64,000 nucleotides of DNA from Rebecca billardiae RCC1528 (GCA_965240325.2 OZ251232.1:434001-498000); one strand, 5' to 3'; positions 1 to 13,311 are shown, counted from the stretch's first letter. The notes: a model not told the origin generated them from the sequence alone. Made by a program: numbers and translations.

Positions 1-381
1 TCTCCGCCTGCCTCGCCGCCGCCGCAGCCCGCCAGAGCCGGCGCCAGCTGCTCGCCGCCGCCACGGCTGGGCGGCGGCGGCGGCAGCGGCGGCTTTGGCG
101 GCGGCGGCGGCGGCGGCGGCTGCGGCGGCGGCTTTGGCGGGTGCGGGTGCGGGTGCGGCTCAGCGGCGGCCGCCTCTCACTGTGCGCCCTCGAGCGCTGC
201 GCCGTGCTCGGCGGGCGCGGCGACGGGCGGCGGCTTCCACCCGCCGCCCGCGCCGCCGCTGCACCCGCCGCCGCCGCCAGCGCCGCCCGTCGCCCGCGCG
301 GCCGCGCCGCAGAGCTGGGGGCACGAGCTGAGCCCCGCAGCGGCCGCGCGCAGCGATGCGTGGGCTTGGGGGCGCGCGAGC

Positions 382-2127
382 GTGTCCGCCCCGCAGGGCG
401 CGGGCGCGGCGCATGGGAGCGGCGCGCGCGGAGGGGAGGCGGGCGGAGGCGCGCTCGCGCGCTCGCCGCCCGCGCTGCTCTCGCCACCAGCGCCCGCGCC
501 GCCCCGCCCGCCGTGGCACCGCGCGCACGCTCACGTGGACTCGCCGGCGGCCGAGCGCGCCGGCTGCGCGCTCGCTCGGCGCGCGGCCGCAGTCGAGGCT
601 GCCGCTCGGAGCGCGGGCGAGACCGGCGGCGCTCCGGAGTGGGGCGTGCGCGAGGCGGCGGGGATGGTGGGAGGGGTCGACCTGGACGCGCTGGCCTGGC
701 TGCTGGGTGTCGCCCCGCCCTTCCGCCGGCGCGACGACGCGTGCGCACCGCACTGCGACGCGGACGCGGCGGCGGCCGGCGGCGCGGCCGCGCGGCCGGC
801 GACGCGCGCCGCCTTCGCTCAGACGGACTCAGACTCCGCCGCCCTGTGCGCTGGCTGCGGCGCGCGCGCGGGCCAAGGCGGCGGCTGTGCGGCGGTGGCG
901 CGGCCGCCGGCGGTGCTCGCCTCGCCCACCGACCACCCCGCGCCGCCCCTCGGCGCCCCCGCCTCGCCGCGCTCGACGGCGGCGGCGCGCTCCTGCCCGC
1001 ACACGCCGCTGAGCGCGCCGCCCTCGGAGCGCGGGCGCGCGCCTCGCTCGGCTGATCGCTCGGCCTCGCGCGCGCGCACGCCGTCGCCGCCGCCGCGGCC
1101 CAAGCCGTACTTCGAGCGGCACTGCTTCGACGACGAGAACGGCCGGCGGCTGTGCGAGCGGCGCGCGTCCGCGCCGATGCTGCTGCCGATCTCGCCGTGC
1201 GGCTGCGCAGGCGCGGCGCCCACGCCACGCGCCCGCGTCGGCGCCAGCGCTGGGCTGCACGCGTGCGGCTCGCCGCCCTCGCAGCCGCGGTGCGCGTCGA
1301 GCCCGCGGCTCCTCTCGCCGCGGCGGCACACGGACGACGACGCGTGCACGCGCAGCGCGCGCACCGCCGCGCCATCGCACCCGCGTGCCACCGCCACGGC
1401 CACGGCCGCCCTCCCGCCCGCCGCCCCCAGCGCATCCGCCAGAGCCGAGCCCGCCGCCGATGCGGCGACGCTCGCCGACGGGCGGTGCGGCGGCGCCAGC
1501 GCCCGCGCTGCCGGCCCCCAGCCGCCGAGCCCCGCGCAGCGCAGCGCGCAGGCGCACAGCCCGCGGCCCGCCCCCGCTGCGTGCGCGCGCCCCGGCCTGC
1601 CCGGCTCGGCCACGGCTGCCGAGCCGGCCGTCGCCACCTCTCTGCGCGCGGTCGAGCTGGCGCTCTTCCGGGCGGCAGCGGACGCGCCGGCACCGGCGTG
1701 CGCGGTCGGCGCGCACGCGGAGCGCGCACTCGCCGGCGCGCGCGCGCGGGGCGAGCGCTCCGATGGCACCAGCTCGGCCTCGGCCGGCTCGGCTGCCGCG
1801 CCAGAGGCCGCTGGCGCAGCGGAGGCGGCGAGCGCGCTCGCTGCCGAGCCGGAGCCCTCGGTGGGCGGCAGCGGCAGCGCTGAGGCGCAGGGGTGGGGCG
1901 CGCTCGTCTCCGCCGTGTTCCCCACGGGCACGGCGGGCGTGGGCGCGCTGGGCTGCAGCCTGGACGGCGCCGGCAGCGGCGCGGACGACGGCGTGCGGAC
2001 TGCGTGCTACGCCCCGCACGCACGCACCCCGCCCCCGCCGCCTCCGCGCCCCCGGCCCGCCGTGCCGCCGAGCGAATCGCCAGCATCCAATCAGTGTGAG
2101 CAGCCTGCCGTCTATAGCGACTACTAG
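382..2127 (+). CDS. Hypothetical Ala/Pro-rich low-complexity protein; true 5' end uncertain
   Basis: 581-aa ORF with GC-ending codons and protein-like islands (WGVREAAGMVGGVDLDALAWLLG; PKPYFERHCFDDENGRRLCERR). TAG at 2125-2127, then lower-GC DNA. No domain recognised. Confidence 0.5.
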   Translation: MSAPQGAGAAHGSGARGGEAGGGALARSPPALLSPPAPAPPRPPWHRAHAHVDSPAAERAGCALARRAAAVEAAARSAGETGGAPEWGVREAAGMVGGVDLDALAWLLGVAPPFRRRDDACAPHCDADAAAAGGAAARPATRAAFAQTDSDSAALCAGCGARAGQGGGCAAVARPPAVLASPTDHPAPPLGAPASPRSTAAARSCPHTPLSAPPSERGRAPRSADRSASRARTPSPPPRPKPYFERHCFDDENGRRLCERRASAPMLLPISPCGCAGAAPTPRARVGASAGLHACGSPPSQPRCASSPRLLSPRRHTDDDACTRSARTAAPSHPRATATATAALPPAAPSASARAEPAADAATLADGRCGGASARAAGPQPPSPAQRSAQAHSPRPAPAACARPGLPGSATAAEPAVATSLRAVELALFRAAADAPAPACAVGAHAERALAGARARGERSDGTSSASAGSAAAPEAAGAAEAASALAAEPEPSVGGSGSAEAQGWGALVSAVFPTGTAGVGALGCSLDGAGSGADDGVRTACYAPHARTPPPPPPRPRPAVPPSESPASNQCEQPAVYSDY

Positions 2128-3094
2128 CTGCGAGCGCCCAGCCTCTGAGAGCTTCCGACTCTTGACGAGTCCGAGACGTGCATGGCAGGGTCACGTCAGC
2201 GGTCTCAGCGGTGCCAGCGGAGGTCTGACGACGGTGCCGCCGCTCACTCAAGCTGTCGTGATCGACTAAGCAGTAAGCTGAGTATAGTGAGTAAATAATA
2301 AGCTCGACTCACAGTCACACCGCTCACGTCCGCTGAGCCTGCCGCCTGAGTCCGCCCCGGCTCGTCCGCTACGTCTACGGACCCGCCGTAGTATCGGCAG
2401 CTATATAGCGGCTGGTATTGCTGCCTGAGACCCTGCACTAGTTTGTTAGTGAGACAGTCGTCGTGCTATTTAGTATTTATAATAATTTATTTTTCGTAGC
2501 GGCTGTGTACCGAGACCGCAGACGCCGGGCGCAGACAGTGTTACGACCGACCCGCGGGACCGCGCCTGACCGTCGCCGATCAGTACTGATCATGATTCGT
2601 GGCCGTGTGATAGTCTGGCGCGCCCAGCCGCCCGCCAAGTCCGTGTAAGTGGCACGCGTGACGCGGTCAAGTGACATGCCGTTACACTCGTGAATCCTGT
2701 TGACTTCCCGGGCGCCGCAAGTGGAAGGACCGGCCGCAATGCGGCCGATCATCAGTGTGCCGGACAACAGTGCTCTGGCCTTTCATTGCGGCTCAGGGCG
2801 GGCGCTCTACTCTCAGCGGAGCAGTGTCTGATAGGCGCGCTACAGGTGCCAGCATCACCGCGGGGCCGCACTAGAAACGGTGAGTAGCCGGCTAGCCGCC
2901 GCGGCCCGCCTCCGGACGCGCGCACGACCGGAGGGGGAGCGACGCGCGCAGACTCGAAGGCGGCGTACCGCACAGGCCGGCTTGCTCGAGCTGGCAGCAA
3001 AGTCGAGCGCACTGGTACCAAGCCGACACCGGCGCGAGCACTGCTCGACGCCTCGACCAAGCTTGTTGCCGGGACGCCGGTCGGGCAGCCGTGA

Positions 3095-4148
3095 GAGGCC
3101 ACTCGAGCGACTTCGTGTCTGGCGAGGCAGATCGCGCCAGTGCGTGGCGAGGCAGACGCTCGCCTGCCTCGCCGCTTGGCGAGGCAGCTAAGCTAGTAAC
3201 GCCGCGGCCGAACTTTACGAAAGCCAAATGTCTGCCGGTGCGCCGCCCGTCTTTTGCGCACGGTGACAAGGGCGCGCGAGGGCGCTTCCTCACGATCCCG
3301 AAGAGCGCTGCGCGCGGCGTCGCGTTGGCGGCGGCAGCGGCGCTGGGGTGTATCTTGCCCATTCTGCGTGGCGGCGCGCTCTCATGACGCCTCGGCCGCC
3401 GCCACGCCATGCGCGACCGGGCGTGTCGCCTTCTTGACGGGCAGTGCACACGCCCTTGCAAGCGCACAGCCGTGAAGAGCCGAGAGCGTCCGTCGCGAGC
3501 ACGCCGCCCACGCGGGATGCGTTGCCAGGGCTATTCGTATGACACTGGGTGCTCGCGCTCTGGCATGTGCGAGCCAGGATGACCATGGGTAGCAGCTACG
3601 ATGAGCACTGCTAACCTGCATTTCAGCCGATGACATCCTCTCGTTCAGCGATCTTGACTGCTCTGAACGCATGGCGAACTCGGCGAAGCGCATGCGCAAG
3701 GTGGCTTCGGTGACAGCATAACGCATCCCGCGTGGGCGGCGTGCTCGCGACGGACGCTCTCGGCTCTTCACGGCTGTGCGCTTGCAAGGGCGTGTGCACT
3801 GCCCGTCAAGAAGGCGACACGCCCGGTCGCGCATGGCGTGGCGGCGGCCGAGGCGTCATGAGAGCGCGCCGCCACGCAGAATGGGCAAGATACACCCCAG
3901 CGCCGCTGCCGCCGCCAACGCGACGCCGCGCGCAGCGCTCTTCGGGATCGTGAGGAAGCGCCCTCGCGCGCCCTTGTCACCGTGCGCAAAAGACGGGCGG
4001 CGCACCGGCAGACATTTGGCTTTCGTAAAGTTCGGCCGCGGCTTTACTAGCTTAGCTGCCTCGCCAAGCGGCGAGGCAGGCGAGCGTCTGCCTCGCCACG
4101 CACTGGCGCGATCTGCCTCGCCAGACACGAAGTCGCTCGAGCGGCCTC
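3095..4148. mobile_element. Non-autonomous foldback/MITE-like element: 429-bp inverted arms, 196-bp spacer, 5-bp TSD CGTGA
   Basis: 3095-3523 is the near-perfect reverse complement of 3720-4148 (ends GAGGCC...GGCCTC). CGTGA lies directly outside both ends (3090-3094, 4149-4153). TGGCGAGGCAG is repeated near the termini. Confidence 0.85.
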
Positions 4149-4380
4149 CGTGAGCGAGCGGGAGGGCCTCGACCGCCGCCGTCGCCCGTCTGGACTCCGG
4201 AGCACTGTTCCCGGACCGGACTGCCGTCGACGGGTGCACAAGCTGCGCAAAGACCGTTGGCGCGCTCGAAAGGCGAGCCGACTCAATACCCGAGTCCTCA
4301 GCGCGAGGGGGCGCAGCGCTGGGCACGTGCAGCGCTCGCGCGGCCTCGAGCGAGCACTCCCAACGCAAGGCGCAGCACAG

Positions 4381-5913
4381 ATGGTGCTCCCTGCCGAGCT
4401 GGGGGCGAAGCTCGCCCACCCGCTCCCCGACGTGCGCGCTCGCGCGCTCCACTCCCTCGCCTCGAAGGTGGCGAGCGGTCTGCTCGCCGCCGAAGACTTG
4501 GCGTACGAGCGCGAGCTGCAGGCCTCTCTGCTCGCGCTGCTGGCGGGGGCGGAGCCGTCGGCGAGGCGCGAGGCGGTCGAGCTGATCGCGCGCATCGCCG
4601 AGCACCCGCACGCCGCGAACCAGCTCGGCGCGCTCGGCGCCGTCTCCGCGCTGCACGCGCTCGCTGACGACGACCCGGGCTGCCGCGCGCACGTCGCCGC
4701 CGCGCTCGACCGCCTTTTCCACGTGCCGCGCGAGCTGCCCGCGGCGGCCGCCGGCGCGGCGCCCGGCGAGGCTGCGTTCCGCCGCCAGCTCGAGGCGCTC
4801 GAGCCGCCCACGCTCGCCGAGCTCGAGCCGGCGCACGCGCGGGCGGCGGGCGCGGGCGCGGGCGCGGGCGGTGCGCGCGCGGGCGGCGCGGGCGCGCCGC
4901 GCCGCGCGCGCACCCTGCCGCCGACGCCGGACGAGCTGCCCATCGCGCTGGATGCGAGCGTGATCGAGTCGATCATGCCGGCCCCGCCCAACGCCACCGA
5001 GCTCGCCGCCCTCGCCGAGCTCGGCGGCGCGCTCCAGCTGCCAGACGCGCGCGCGGTGCACGGCGCGCTGGTGACGCTCCGCGTGCGCGCGTGCGCCGAG
5101 CTGCCGCCTCTGGCGTTCCTGCTCGACCGCACGGTGTTCTGCTCGGTGCTGCCGCTGCTGCACTCGACGGGCGAGCCGCTGGTCGAGGAGGCCGCGCTCG
5201 ACGCCCTCCGCGCGCTCTTCGACGCGTGGACGGCCGAGCTGCACTGCGCCGCGGACCCATGCCGCGCGTCCGCGCGCACCGCCGCGCTCGCGCCGCCCGC
5301 CGCGCGCGTGAGCGCGCTCGCCGACGCGCTGTCCGTGGTGGCGCGCGCGGCGTTCGGCGCGCTCGCGCCGCTGCTGCGCGACACGGCGCGGCTGCCCGAC
5401 GCGTGCGCGCTCGCCGCGCTGCTCCTGCCGCTGCTGCCGCGGGGCACGCAGCCGGCCGGCGCCGCCGGCTCGCGCGCGGCCGCGGACGGCGAGGCCGGCG
5501 GCGGCGCGGCGGGCGCGGAGGCGGACGCGTCGTGGGAGCTGGACGCGTCGTGGGAGTTGGAGCAGAGCGGCGTCGGGCCGCCGCTCGAGGCGGTCGAGGC
5601 CGCGCTCCACTTCCACCTCGGCGCGTCCGCGCGCCGCGCCGCGCCCAGTCCGTTCGACCCCGCCGCCGAGCTGCCGTCGGTTGAGGTTTCGGCACTCCTG
5701 CACCTGAGCCTCGGGCTGGCGCGGCTGCTGCCGCCAGCGCTGGCGCCTCGGCTGCTCGGGCCGGCGTGCGCGAGCGTGCTCCGCCACGCCGCGGCGTGCG
5801 CGGCGCTGCACGCCGCCGCGGCGGGCACGGGCGCGCCGGAGGGGCTCGAGCGCGCGCCGGCGGTCGTCGAGGGCGGCTGGCGCGCGCTGGCACGCGGCGA
5901 CGGCGCGAGCGAG

Positions 5914-5946
<33 letters not shown>

Positions 5947-6333
5947 GAGGCGGAGGCGGAGGCCGCGCGCGCGTGCGCGCTGCGCGTGGGCTACGCGCAC
6001 GAGCACATGCACGCCTACCTGCGCGCGCTCGACCCGGCGGCGCTCGAGGCGCTGGGCGAGGCGCGGCGCGCGGCGCGCGCGCTCGACGCGGCGCGCGCGC
6101 TCGCCGCCGAGCCCGCCGGCCTGTGGGCGGCGGGCGCGCGCGCGGCGTCGCCCGCGGCCGTGCGCGCGCGCTGCACGCTGCTCCGCGAATGCCTCGACGC
6201 GCCGCCGGCGCACGCCGCCGGCGCGGGCGCGGGCGCGCTCGCGCACGTCCTCGCGGCTATCCGCGACGTGTGTGCCGCTCGCATCGACGGCGCCGCGCCG
6301 CCGCCGAGCGGCGGCGGCGCTGACGACGGCGGC

Positions 6334-6376
<43 letters not shown>

Positions 6377-9300
6377 AGGCGGAGGCGGCGGCGGCGGCGA
6401 CGGCGGTGGCCGAGCTCGCGCTGAGCGCGCTGCGCGGCGGCGCCTCCGCCCGGCCCGACGTGCGCCGCGCCGCGCTCGTCGTCTTCGTCTCCGCGTGCCG
6501 CCCCGACGCGCCGGACGCCACCGAGCTGCCGCTGCTGCCGGGCCGCGGGCTGGACGGCGTGGCGCACTCGGAGCGTGCGCGCGTCGCACCGCTCGCCGCA
6601 CGGCTGTGCGCGCTCGAAGAAGCGGTCGCGCACGCGCTGGGCACGGCGCTGCGCCCGTCCTCGCAGCCGGCGCGCGCGACGGCGCAGGGCGCGGCGCGGC
6701 TTCAGCAGCAGCATGCCGCCGCCGACCGCGCCGACGTCGACGACGGCGACGACGGCGACGGCGGCGACGGCGGCGACGGCGGCGCGGCCGATCGTTCGGC
6801 CGAGGCCGAGGCGGAGGCCGCGCTGGGTGCGTCGCTGCTCGCCGCCCTGGCGGACGCGCACGCCGCTGCGTCCGCCGGGGCGCTCGGCGGCGCGAGCGAG
6901 CGCGCGGCCGCGCGCGTGTCGCGCGCGCTCGCGCCGCTGCTGCCGATCTTCGAGTCGCTCGCGGCGGGCGGCGGCGGCGCGGCGCGCGGCGGCGCGGAGG
7001 GCGCGCGCGCCGGCCGCGGCACGCCACACGTCGGCGCGCACGCGCAGCTCGCCGCGAGCGCGACGGCCGTCACGCTGTCGCGCGCGTGCGCGCGGCTCGC
7101 GCGCGCCGTCGCGGCGGCCACGCGCGTGCCGCCCGCCGCGCTGGGCCTCGCCGAGGCCGCGCGCGCGCTGTGCGACTCGAGCGTGGCGAGGCAGCGCGCG
7201 GGCGCTCTGATGGCCTCGCGGCGCGTGCCTGGCGGGCTGCCGGCGGCGTGGGCGGCGTGGGCGGGCGCGGGGGCGGGCTCGGACGAGATCAGGGCGCCGT
7301 TCGAGGCGCCGCTGCCGGCGCTGCGCGCGCCGCCCGTCCGCCCGCCCCACGCGCACCGCGCCCCTTCGGCGGGCGCGGACGGCGCCTCGGCCGCCTCCAA
7401 CGCGTCCGCGCTGTGCGCCTTGCTGGCCAACGGCAGGCTGGGTGCCGAGGTGCGCGCGTCCGCCGCGGCGCACCTGCTCGGCGCGGCGCTGGGCGCGGCG
7501 GCGCGGCGCGACGCGGCCGCGGCGGAGGAGGCGGCGCGGCCGCTGCTGCGCGCGCGCGCGCTCGAGGCGGCGCTCGGCGTGCTGGGCGCGCGCGCGGACG
7601 CGGCCGCGGCCGCCGCGCCCGCGCCCGCTGCCTCGGCGGGCGAGGGCGGCGGCGACGCCGCCGCCGCCATCGCGGAGGCGGACGGCGCGGACGGCGCGGA
7701 CGGCGCGGCCGAGCTCGACGGCCTGTGCTGCGCGCTCGTGCGCGCGCTCGCCGCCGCGTCCGCGCGCGCGCGCGCCGCGCTGTGCGGCAGCGCCGAGGCC
7801 CTCGGCTGCCTCGTGCGCACGGCCTTCAGCCCGCGGCCGCGCGTGGCGGCCGAGGCGCGCGCCGCGCTGCTGGCCGTTGTGCTCGACGCGCGCGCGCTCG
7901 GCGCGGACGCGGCGGAGGCGGGCGCCGAGCGCGCGCCGGCCGAGCTGGTCGACCTGACCGCCGCCGAGCCGGGCGGCGGCGGGGCCGCCCCGCGCGCGCC
8001 CGACGCCGACGCCGCCGCCGACGCCGCCGCGCCGCTCGCGCCGTGCGGGTCGCTGCGCGTGCCGCTGCTGCTGCTGCGCGCGCGGCTCTTCGACCTGGGC
8101 CCCTGGGCGGACGCGGCGGCTGAGGCGGCGGGCAGGCCGCGCTCGGCGGAGGCGGACGCGCCCGGCGCGGCGGACGCGCCGCGCGCGCGCGCGCTCGCCG
8201 CCGCGGCGCTCGGCGCGCTCGCCGCTCTGCGTGCGGACGGCGGCGAGGCCGGAGCGCGCGGCGCGGCGGCGGCGGGCGGCGGCGGCGGCGCGGCGCGCGC
8301 CGCCGCCGGCGGCGCGGCCGCTGCGGACGCCGCTTCGCGCGCGCTCGTCGTCGTCGGCGGCGAGGGCGGCGGCGGCGGGCATGGGTCGAGCGAGTGGCAC
8401 GTCGCGGAGGGCCTGCGCCCGCTCCTCGCGCTGCGCGCCGCCGCGGAGGACGCGCTGGGCTCGCTCGAGGCCGCGGGCTCGCACGCGCAGCTGCGCGCGG
8501 CGCTCACGCGACTCCAAGCGCTCGGCGCCGCCTTCGAGGTGGAGGCGGCGGCGGCGGCGACGGCGGGCGCGCTGGGCGGCGGCGCGCGGCGCGCGCCCGC
8601 GCACCCGCGCGCGCACCCGCTGCTCGGCGCGCTCGAGCTGTGCGGCGTGCCGCCCACGCTGTGGCGGCTGTGCACCGTGCTTCCCTCGGGAGAAGACGAC
8701 TGCCGTCTGCTGCTGCGCGCGCTGGCGGTGCTCACGGCCGCGCTCAGCGGGCACGCGCGCGCGGCGGGCTGGGGGGCGACGCCCGGCGCGACGGACATGT
8801 GCGTGCGCGCGCTGCTCGGCGTGTGCACGCACCTCATCGAGGCGGGCGCCGACGCCGCCCCGCCCGCCGCCGAGCCCACCAACGCCGAGGCCGAGGCTGA
8901 GGCAAGGCTCGCGCCGCCGCGCGGCGCCGCGCTGCGCGCCGCGCTGCGTGAAGGCTGCCTGGAGTACGCGCTCGCGCTGGTAGGCTTCGCGCCGCACGCC
9001 GCGCATGCGCTGCTGCGCGCGAGCGCGGGGCCGGCGCGCGCGCCGTTCGCCACGGTGCTGGCGCGCGCGCTGCAGGGCGGCGCGGCGGGTGCCGCGCCCG
9101 CGCACCCGCCGTGCGTGCGCACGCTGCGGCTCGCGCGCGCGTGCGCCGCGCACCTCGCGCGCGGCGCGGACGCGGAGGCGGAGCGACTCGCCGCGCCGCT
9201 GCTGCCGCCGCTGCTCGCGCTCGCGGCGGTGGGCTCGGACGGCGGCGGCGGCGGCAAGGGCGGGTGGCACGCCGCGCTCGGCGCGGGCGCGGCGGGCGGG

Positions 9301-10429
9301 CTCGCCAGCGCCGCGCGCCGCTCAGCGCTCGGCGCCCTCCGCCGCGGCACCGCTGAGTTGGGCGCGCTCGGCGCCCGCGATTGCCTCACGGCGATGGCGT
9401 GCCGCGCGCGCGGCGCGCCGCACGCCGCCGCGCCGGCGGGCGGCAGGGCGGGCGCCGGCGGGCCGGCGCCGGCCGTCGACGAGGCGGGCGCGCACGTCTG
9501 CCCCTCCTTCGGACTGGACGCGCTCGCGGCTGGCGCGTGGCTCCGCGCGGCGGACGCGGCGGCCGAGTCGGCGGGCGCGGCGGAGGCGGCGCGCGGCGAG
9601 CGGCCGCGCGCGCCCGCGCCGGCGGAGGGCGGCGGCTGGCTGATGCGGCTTGCGGCGGACCGCTCGCCCGACGTGCGCGCGGCGGCGTTCGGCTGCGCCG
9701 CGGTCCTCGCCCTGCCGCCGACGCGCGCGCAGCTCGCAGCCGCAGCGCCCGCCATGGGCTCTCTCGCCCTGCGCTCGCTGCTTGAGGGCGCGGCCGCCGA
9801 GCACTACTGCGTGCGCGCGGAGGCGGCGGCCATGCTGGCGCACGCCGCGCTGCCCGCGCGCGCCGCGCCGCCCGCGCGCGCCGCGAAGCCGACGCGTGCC
9901 AAGCCCGGCGGCGGCGGCGGCGGCGGCGGCGTGAGCGCGCGCGTGCCGCTCGCGCGGCGCGACGGCGCGCCGGCGCGCGCGCTGCGCTCTCGCGCGGCGG
10001 CGGGCGACAACTCGCTGCCCGGCCGTGGCGGCGGCGGCGGCGCCAAGGCGGAGGCGAAGCAACAGCCTGCCTCCGCAGCCGCCAGACCGGCCGCGCACGG
10101 CGCGGACGGCGCCGAGCCCAAGATCGGCGCGGCGGAGCGCGACGCCGAGGCGGCGGCGGCGGTGGCGGCGGCGGCGGCGGAGGCGGAGGCGGCTGCGGAG
10201 GCGGAGGCGGAGGCGGAGGCGGAGGCGGAGGCGCGCCACCTGTCTTACAGCGCCATCGACGCGGAGGGCCTGTTGTGGCGCGCGCTGCCTGCGCTGCTCG
10301 ACGACGCGCGCGCGCCGCCGGCGCTCGTGCGCGCGCTGTGCGCGCTCGGGCGCAACGCCATCGCAGACCCCGATGCCGAGCTCGGCGCGGCGCGCGCGCG
10401 GCGCACTTTCGCGCCCGCCCCGCCGGCCG

Positions 10430-10465
<36 letters not shown>

Positions 10466-13311
10466 TGCGGCTGGGTGTGTGGGCCCCGCTCTCGCGCTGG
10501 ACGCACCTGCACGGCTTCTGGGACGCGGCCGCGTCGGGCGCGGAGGACGAGGCGCAGGCGCAGGAGCGCCACCGCCAGCTCGCGCCGTGGGCGGCGCACG
10601 GCGGGCCAGCGCGCGCCGCGCGCCGCGCGCCCAGCCGCGCTGCGCTCGCGCTGCTGAGCGCGCAGTGGACGCGCGCCGCGGGCGTGGACGCGCACCTGGC
10701 GCGGGCCGCCGCGTTCGAGCTGGCGCGCTGCGTGCTCGAGCGCTGCCCGGAGCGCCCGCTCGCCGAGGCGCTGCTACGGCGCACCGAGCTCGCGCGCGGC
10801 GCCGCGGCCTGTCTCTGCGCGCGCGCCGACCGCGAGTCCGCCCCCGTGGAGCTCGCCATCGCCGGGCGGCACGTGGCCGGCGCGCCCGCCGCGGCGCGCG
10901 CCGACGCGCCGCCGCGCGTGCGCGCGGCGCGCGATGCGCTGCGCGCCGCGCTCGACCGCGCCGAGGCCGCGCCCGCCTCGCTCACCGGCGCGGCGCGCGC
11001 TCTGGTCAGGGAGTCGGCGCTCGGCGCGCTCGGCGCGCTGCTCGCGGTCGCGCCCGAGTCGAGCGCGCCCGCGCTGTGGGCGTGCCGCGCGGCGGCCGGC
11101 GCGTCGGCGCGGCCGGGCGCGCTCGTGGGCGCGCTCGCGCCGCTGCTCGCGCCCGACGCGCCGCGCGCGCTGCGCCTCGGCGCGTGCCGCGTGCTGCTGC
11201 GCCTCGCGCGCGCCGCCGAGCCCGACGCTGCGTGCGCCGTGCTCGACGCGAGCCCGCCGCCGCCTTCGCCGCGCGCCGCCGGCCGCGAGCCGCCGCCGCT
11301 GCCCGCCGGCGCCGCGCTCGCCGACGCTCTGCTCAGCGCCCTGGCCGCGGCGGAGGCGGCGGCGGGCGCGTCCGCCGCGGCGGGCGGCGCGCTGGTCTCC
11401 GCCGCGCCCGGCGCGCCGGCCGGCTTTGCCGCCACCTCCGCCGCCGACTGCGCGGCCGAGGCGGACGCGCTGCGCGCCGCCCTGCGCGCGGTGCTTGGCC
11501 CCTCGTGCGAGGCCAAGGCGGCCGCCCTGCGGCGCGGGCTGGCCGGGGCGGCGCTGCGGCGCTTCGAGGATGCGGCCGGCTTGCTCTCGGCGCACCTCGC
11601 GCGCTCGCCTGCCGAGCGCATGCGCGCGGAGCAGCCCCCGCGCGCGCTCGCGCACGCGCACTCTGCGCGCGCGCTCGCAGCACACCTGGGCGGCGGGGGC
11701 GGCGAGAGGGTGGTGCTGGGAGAGGCGGACGAGGCGGCGCGCGGCGGCGCGCGCTCGGCGCCCGCGGCGCGCGCGGCGCTCGCGTTGCAGCGGCGCTGCT
11801 GCGAGGAGCTGGGCACGCTCAAGGCGCTGCTGCTGGGCTGCGAGGCGGCGCGGCTCGAGGCGCTGCGCGCGCACCTCCCTGCCACGATCGCACGGTGCGG
11901 CGCGCCGGGTGCTGCGACCGCCGAGGGGAGCGCAGCCGAGCGCGGCGGCGCCGACGCGCGATCGCCCCGCGCGCGCGCGCTGACACCGCGCGCGCCCTGC
12001 CGCCCTGTGCGCTGCCGCGCGCGCCGCCGCCGCGTGCGCGCAGCGCGTGGCCGCTGCTGAGCGCGCACGAGCCGATGTGCATCGAGGCGCTTGGCCTGCT
12101 GTGCAACTTTGCGGTGCGCGCACGCAGCCGCGCGCGCAGCCGCACGCACAGCCGCGCACGCAGCCGCGCGCGCAGCCGCGCGCGATGTGCGCACGCAGCC
12201 GCGCGCGCACTGCGCACCACGCACGCGCCCGGCGCGCCCTCGCGCGCGCTGGGCTGGCGCGAGCGCCCTCCTCGCCGTGAGCGCGCGCGCGCGCGTGTGC
12301 GCGCGCGCGCGTGTGCGCCGACACGCGCACTCGTCCCCGGCCCCGCCGCGCCGCCCGCGCCGCCCGCGCCGCCCGCGCCGCGCGCGTGTGGGCGCCTCTT
12401 GGGCGCGGCAGGCGCACTGCGAGCCCGCCAAGCGCGCGCTGCTCTCCGAGGCGGGCCGGCCGGGCGCGGGCTCGCGCGCGTCGCTCGTGTCAGCCGTGTG
12501 TGCGCTCGCGCTCGCGCACACCGCGCAGCCGGCCGCGGCGCGCACGCTCGCGTGGACGGTATGCAGGTCGCTCGGCGGGAGCGCCGACGGGCGCGCCGCG
12601 CTGCAGCGGCTCGGCTTTGCGGCCGCGAGCGCACGGACGCTGCGCTCGGCGCTGCGCCAGCGGCACGCGTGGGCGGAGGACGGCGGCGCGGACGACGTCG
12701 CGCTCGGCGGCGCGCTCGAGCTGCTTGCCAACTGGACGCACAGCACCGACGGCTCGGCGAGCGTGCTGCGCACCGCGCCGAGCGTGCTGAGCGACCTCGT
12801 GGACGTGCTGGAGGACGCGGCGCCGCAGCCGCCGGCGCAGCCGCCCGGCGCGGCGGGCGCGGCGGCGGGGCGCGCGCGCTCGCGCGCCGCCGCCGCCGAG
12901 CTCGAGGCGGAGCAGCGGCGGCGCACGGCGCACGGCGCGGCGGCGGCGCTGTGCTTGCGCAACCTCGCGCTCCAGCCGGACGGCAAGGCGCACCTCCTTG
13001 CGCACGAGCGCGCGCTCGGCGCGCTGCTCGGCGCGCTCGGCGCGCCCGACGAGAGCGCCAAGCTGGCCGCGCACGCGTCCGCGGCGGTGTGCGCGCTGCT
13101 GCACGGCTCGGCCAAGGCCAAGGCGCTGCTCAAGGGCGGGGGCCTCGTGCGCGCGCTCATCGAGGCTGAGACGCGGATGCGCGCGCTCGCCGTCGACACC
13201 GCGACGGTCGGCGCGGGCGGCGCCCTCGGCGTGCACGAGCGCGCGCGACGGCCGTACGTCGACGAGGCGCTCGAGAACATCGCCGCCGCGCGCGCGGTGC
13301 TCACGCAGTGA
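4381..13311 (+). CDS. RTTN: Rotatin-like armadillo-repeat centriole/basal-body protein; join(4381..11894,12044..12113,12412..13311), about 2830 aa
   Basis: N-terminus MVLPAELGAKLAHPLPDVRARALHSLASKVASGLL resembles the rotatin N-terminal domain. Long helical-repeat ORF. Two GT..AG introns (11895-12043, 12114-12411) join the frames through AWPLLSAHEPMCIEALGLLCNFA/AHCEPAKR. Further in-frame introns are possible. Confidence 0.8.

Noticed and set aside
3524-3538. Similarity of GCCAGGGCTATTCGT to 50717-50732
   Set aside because: 15 bp with a gap and no extension; can arise by chance in 64 kb.
4150-4380. Upstream in-frame extensions from GTG/TTG starts in the ORF track (also 30592 for LARP7, 32882, 43275)
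   Set aside because: Eukaryotic genes; homology and codon bias begin at the downstream ATGs.
3856-9270. 1804-aa minus-strand ORF and many other long overlapping Arg/Ala-rich ORFs (e.g. 58065..61085 +, 25905..28160 +)
   Set aside because: Shadow frames of real genes; stops are rare at this GC content and no domain motifs are present.
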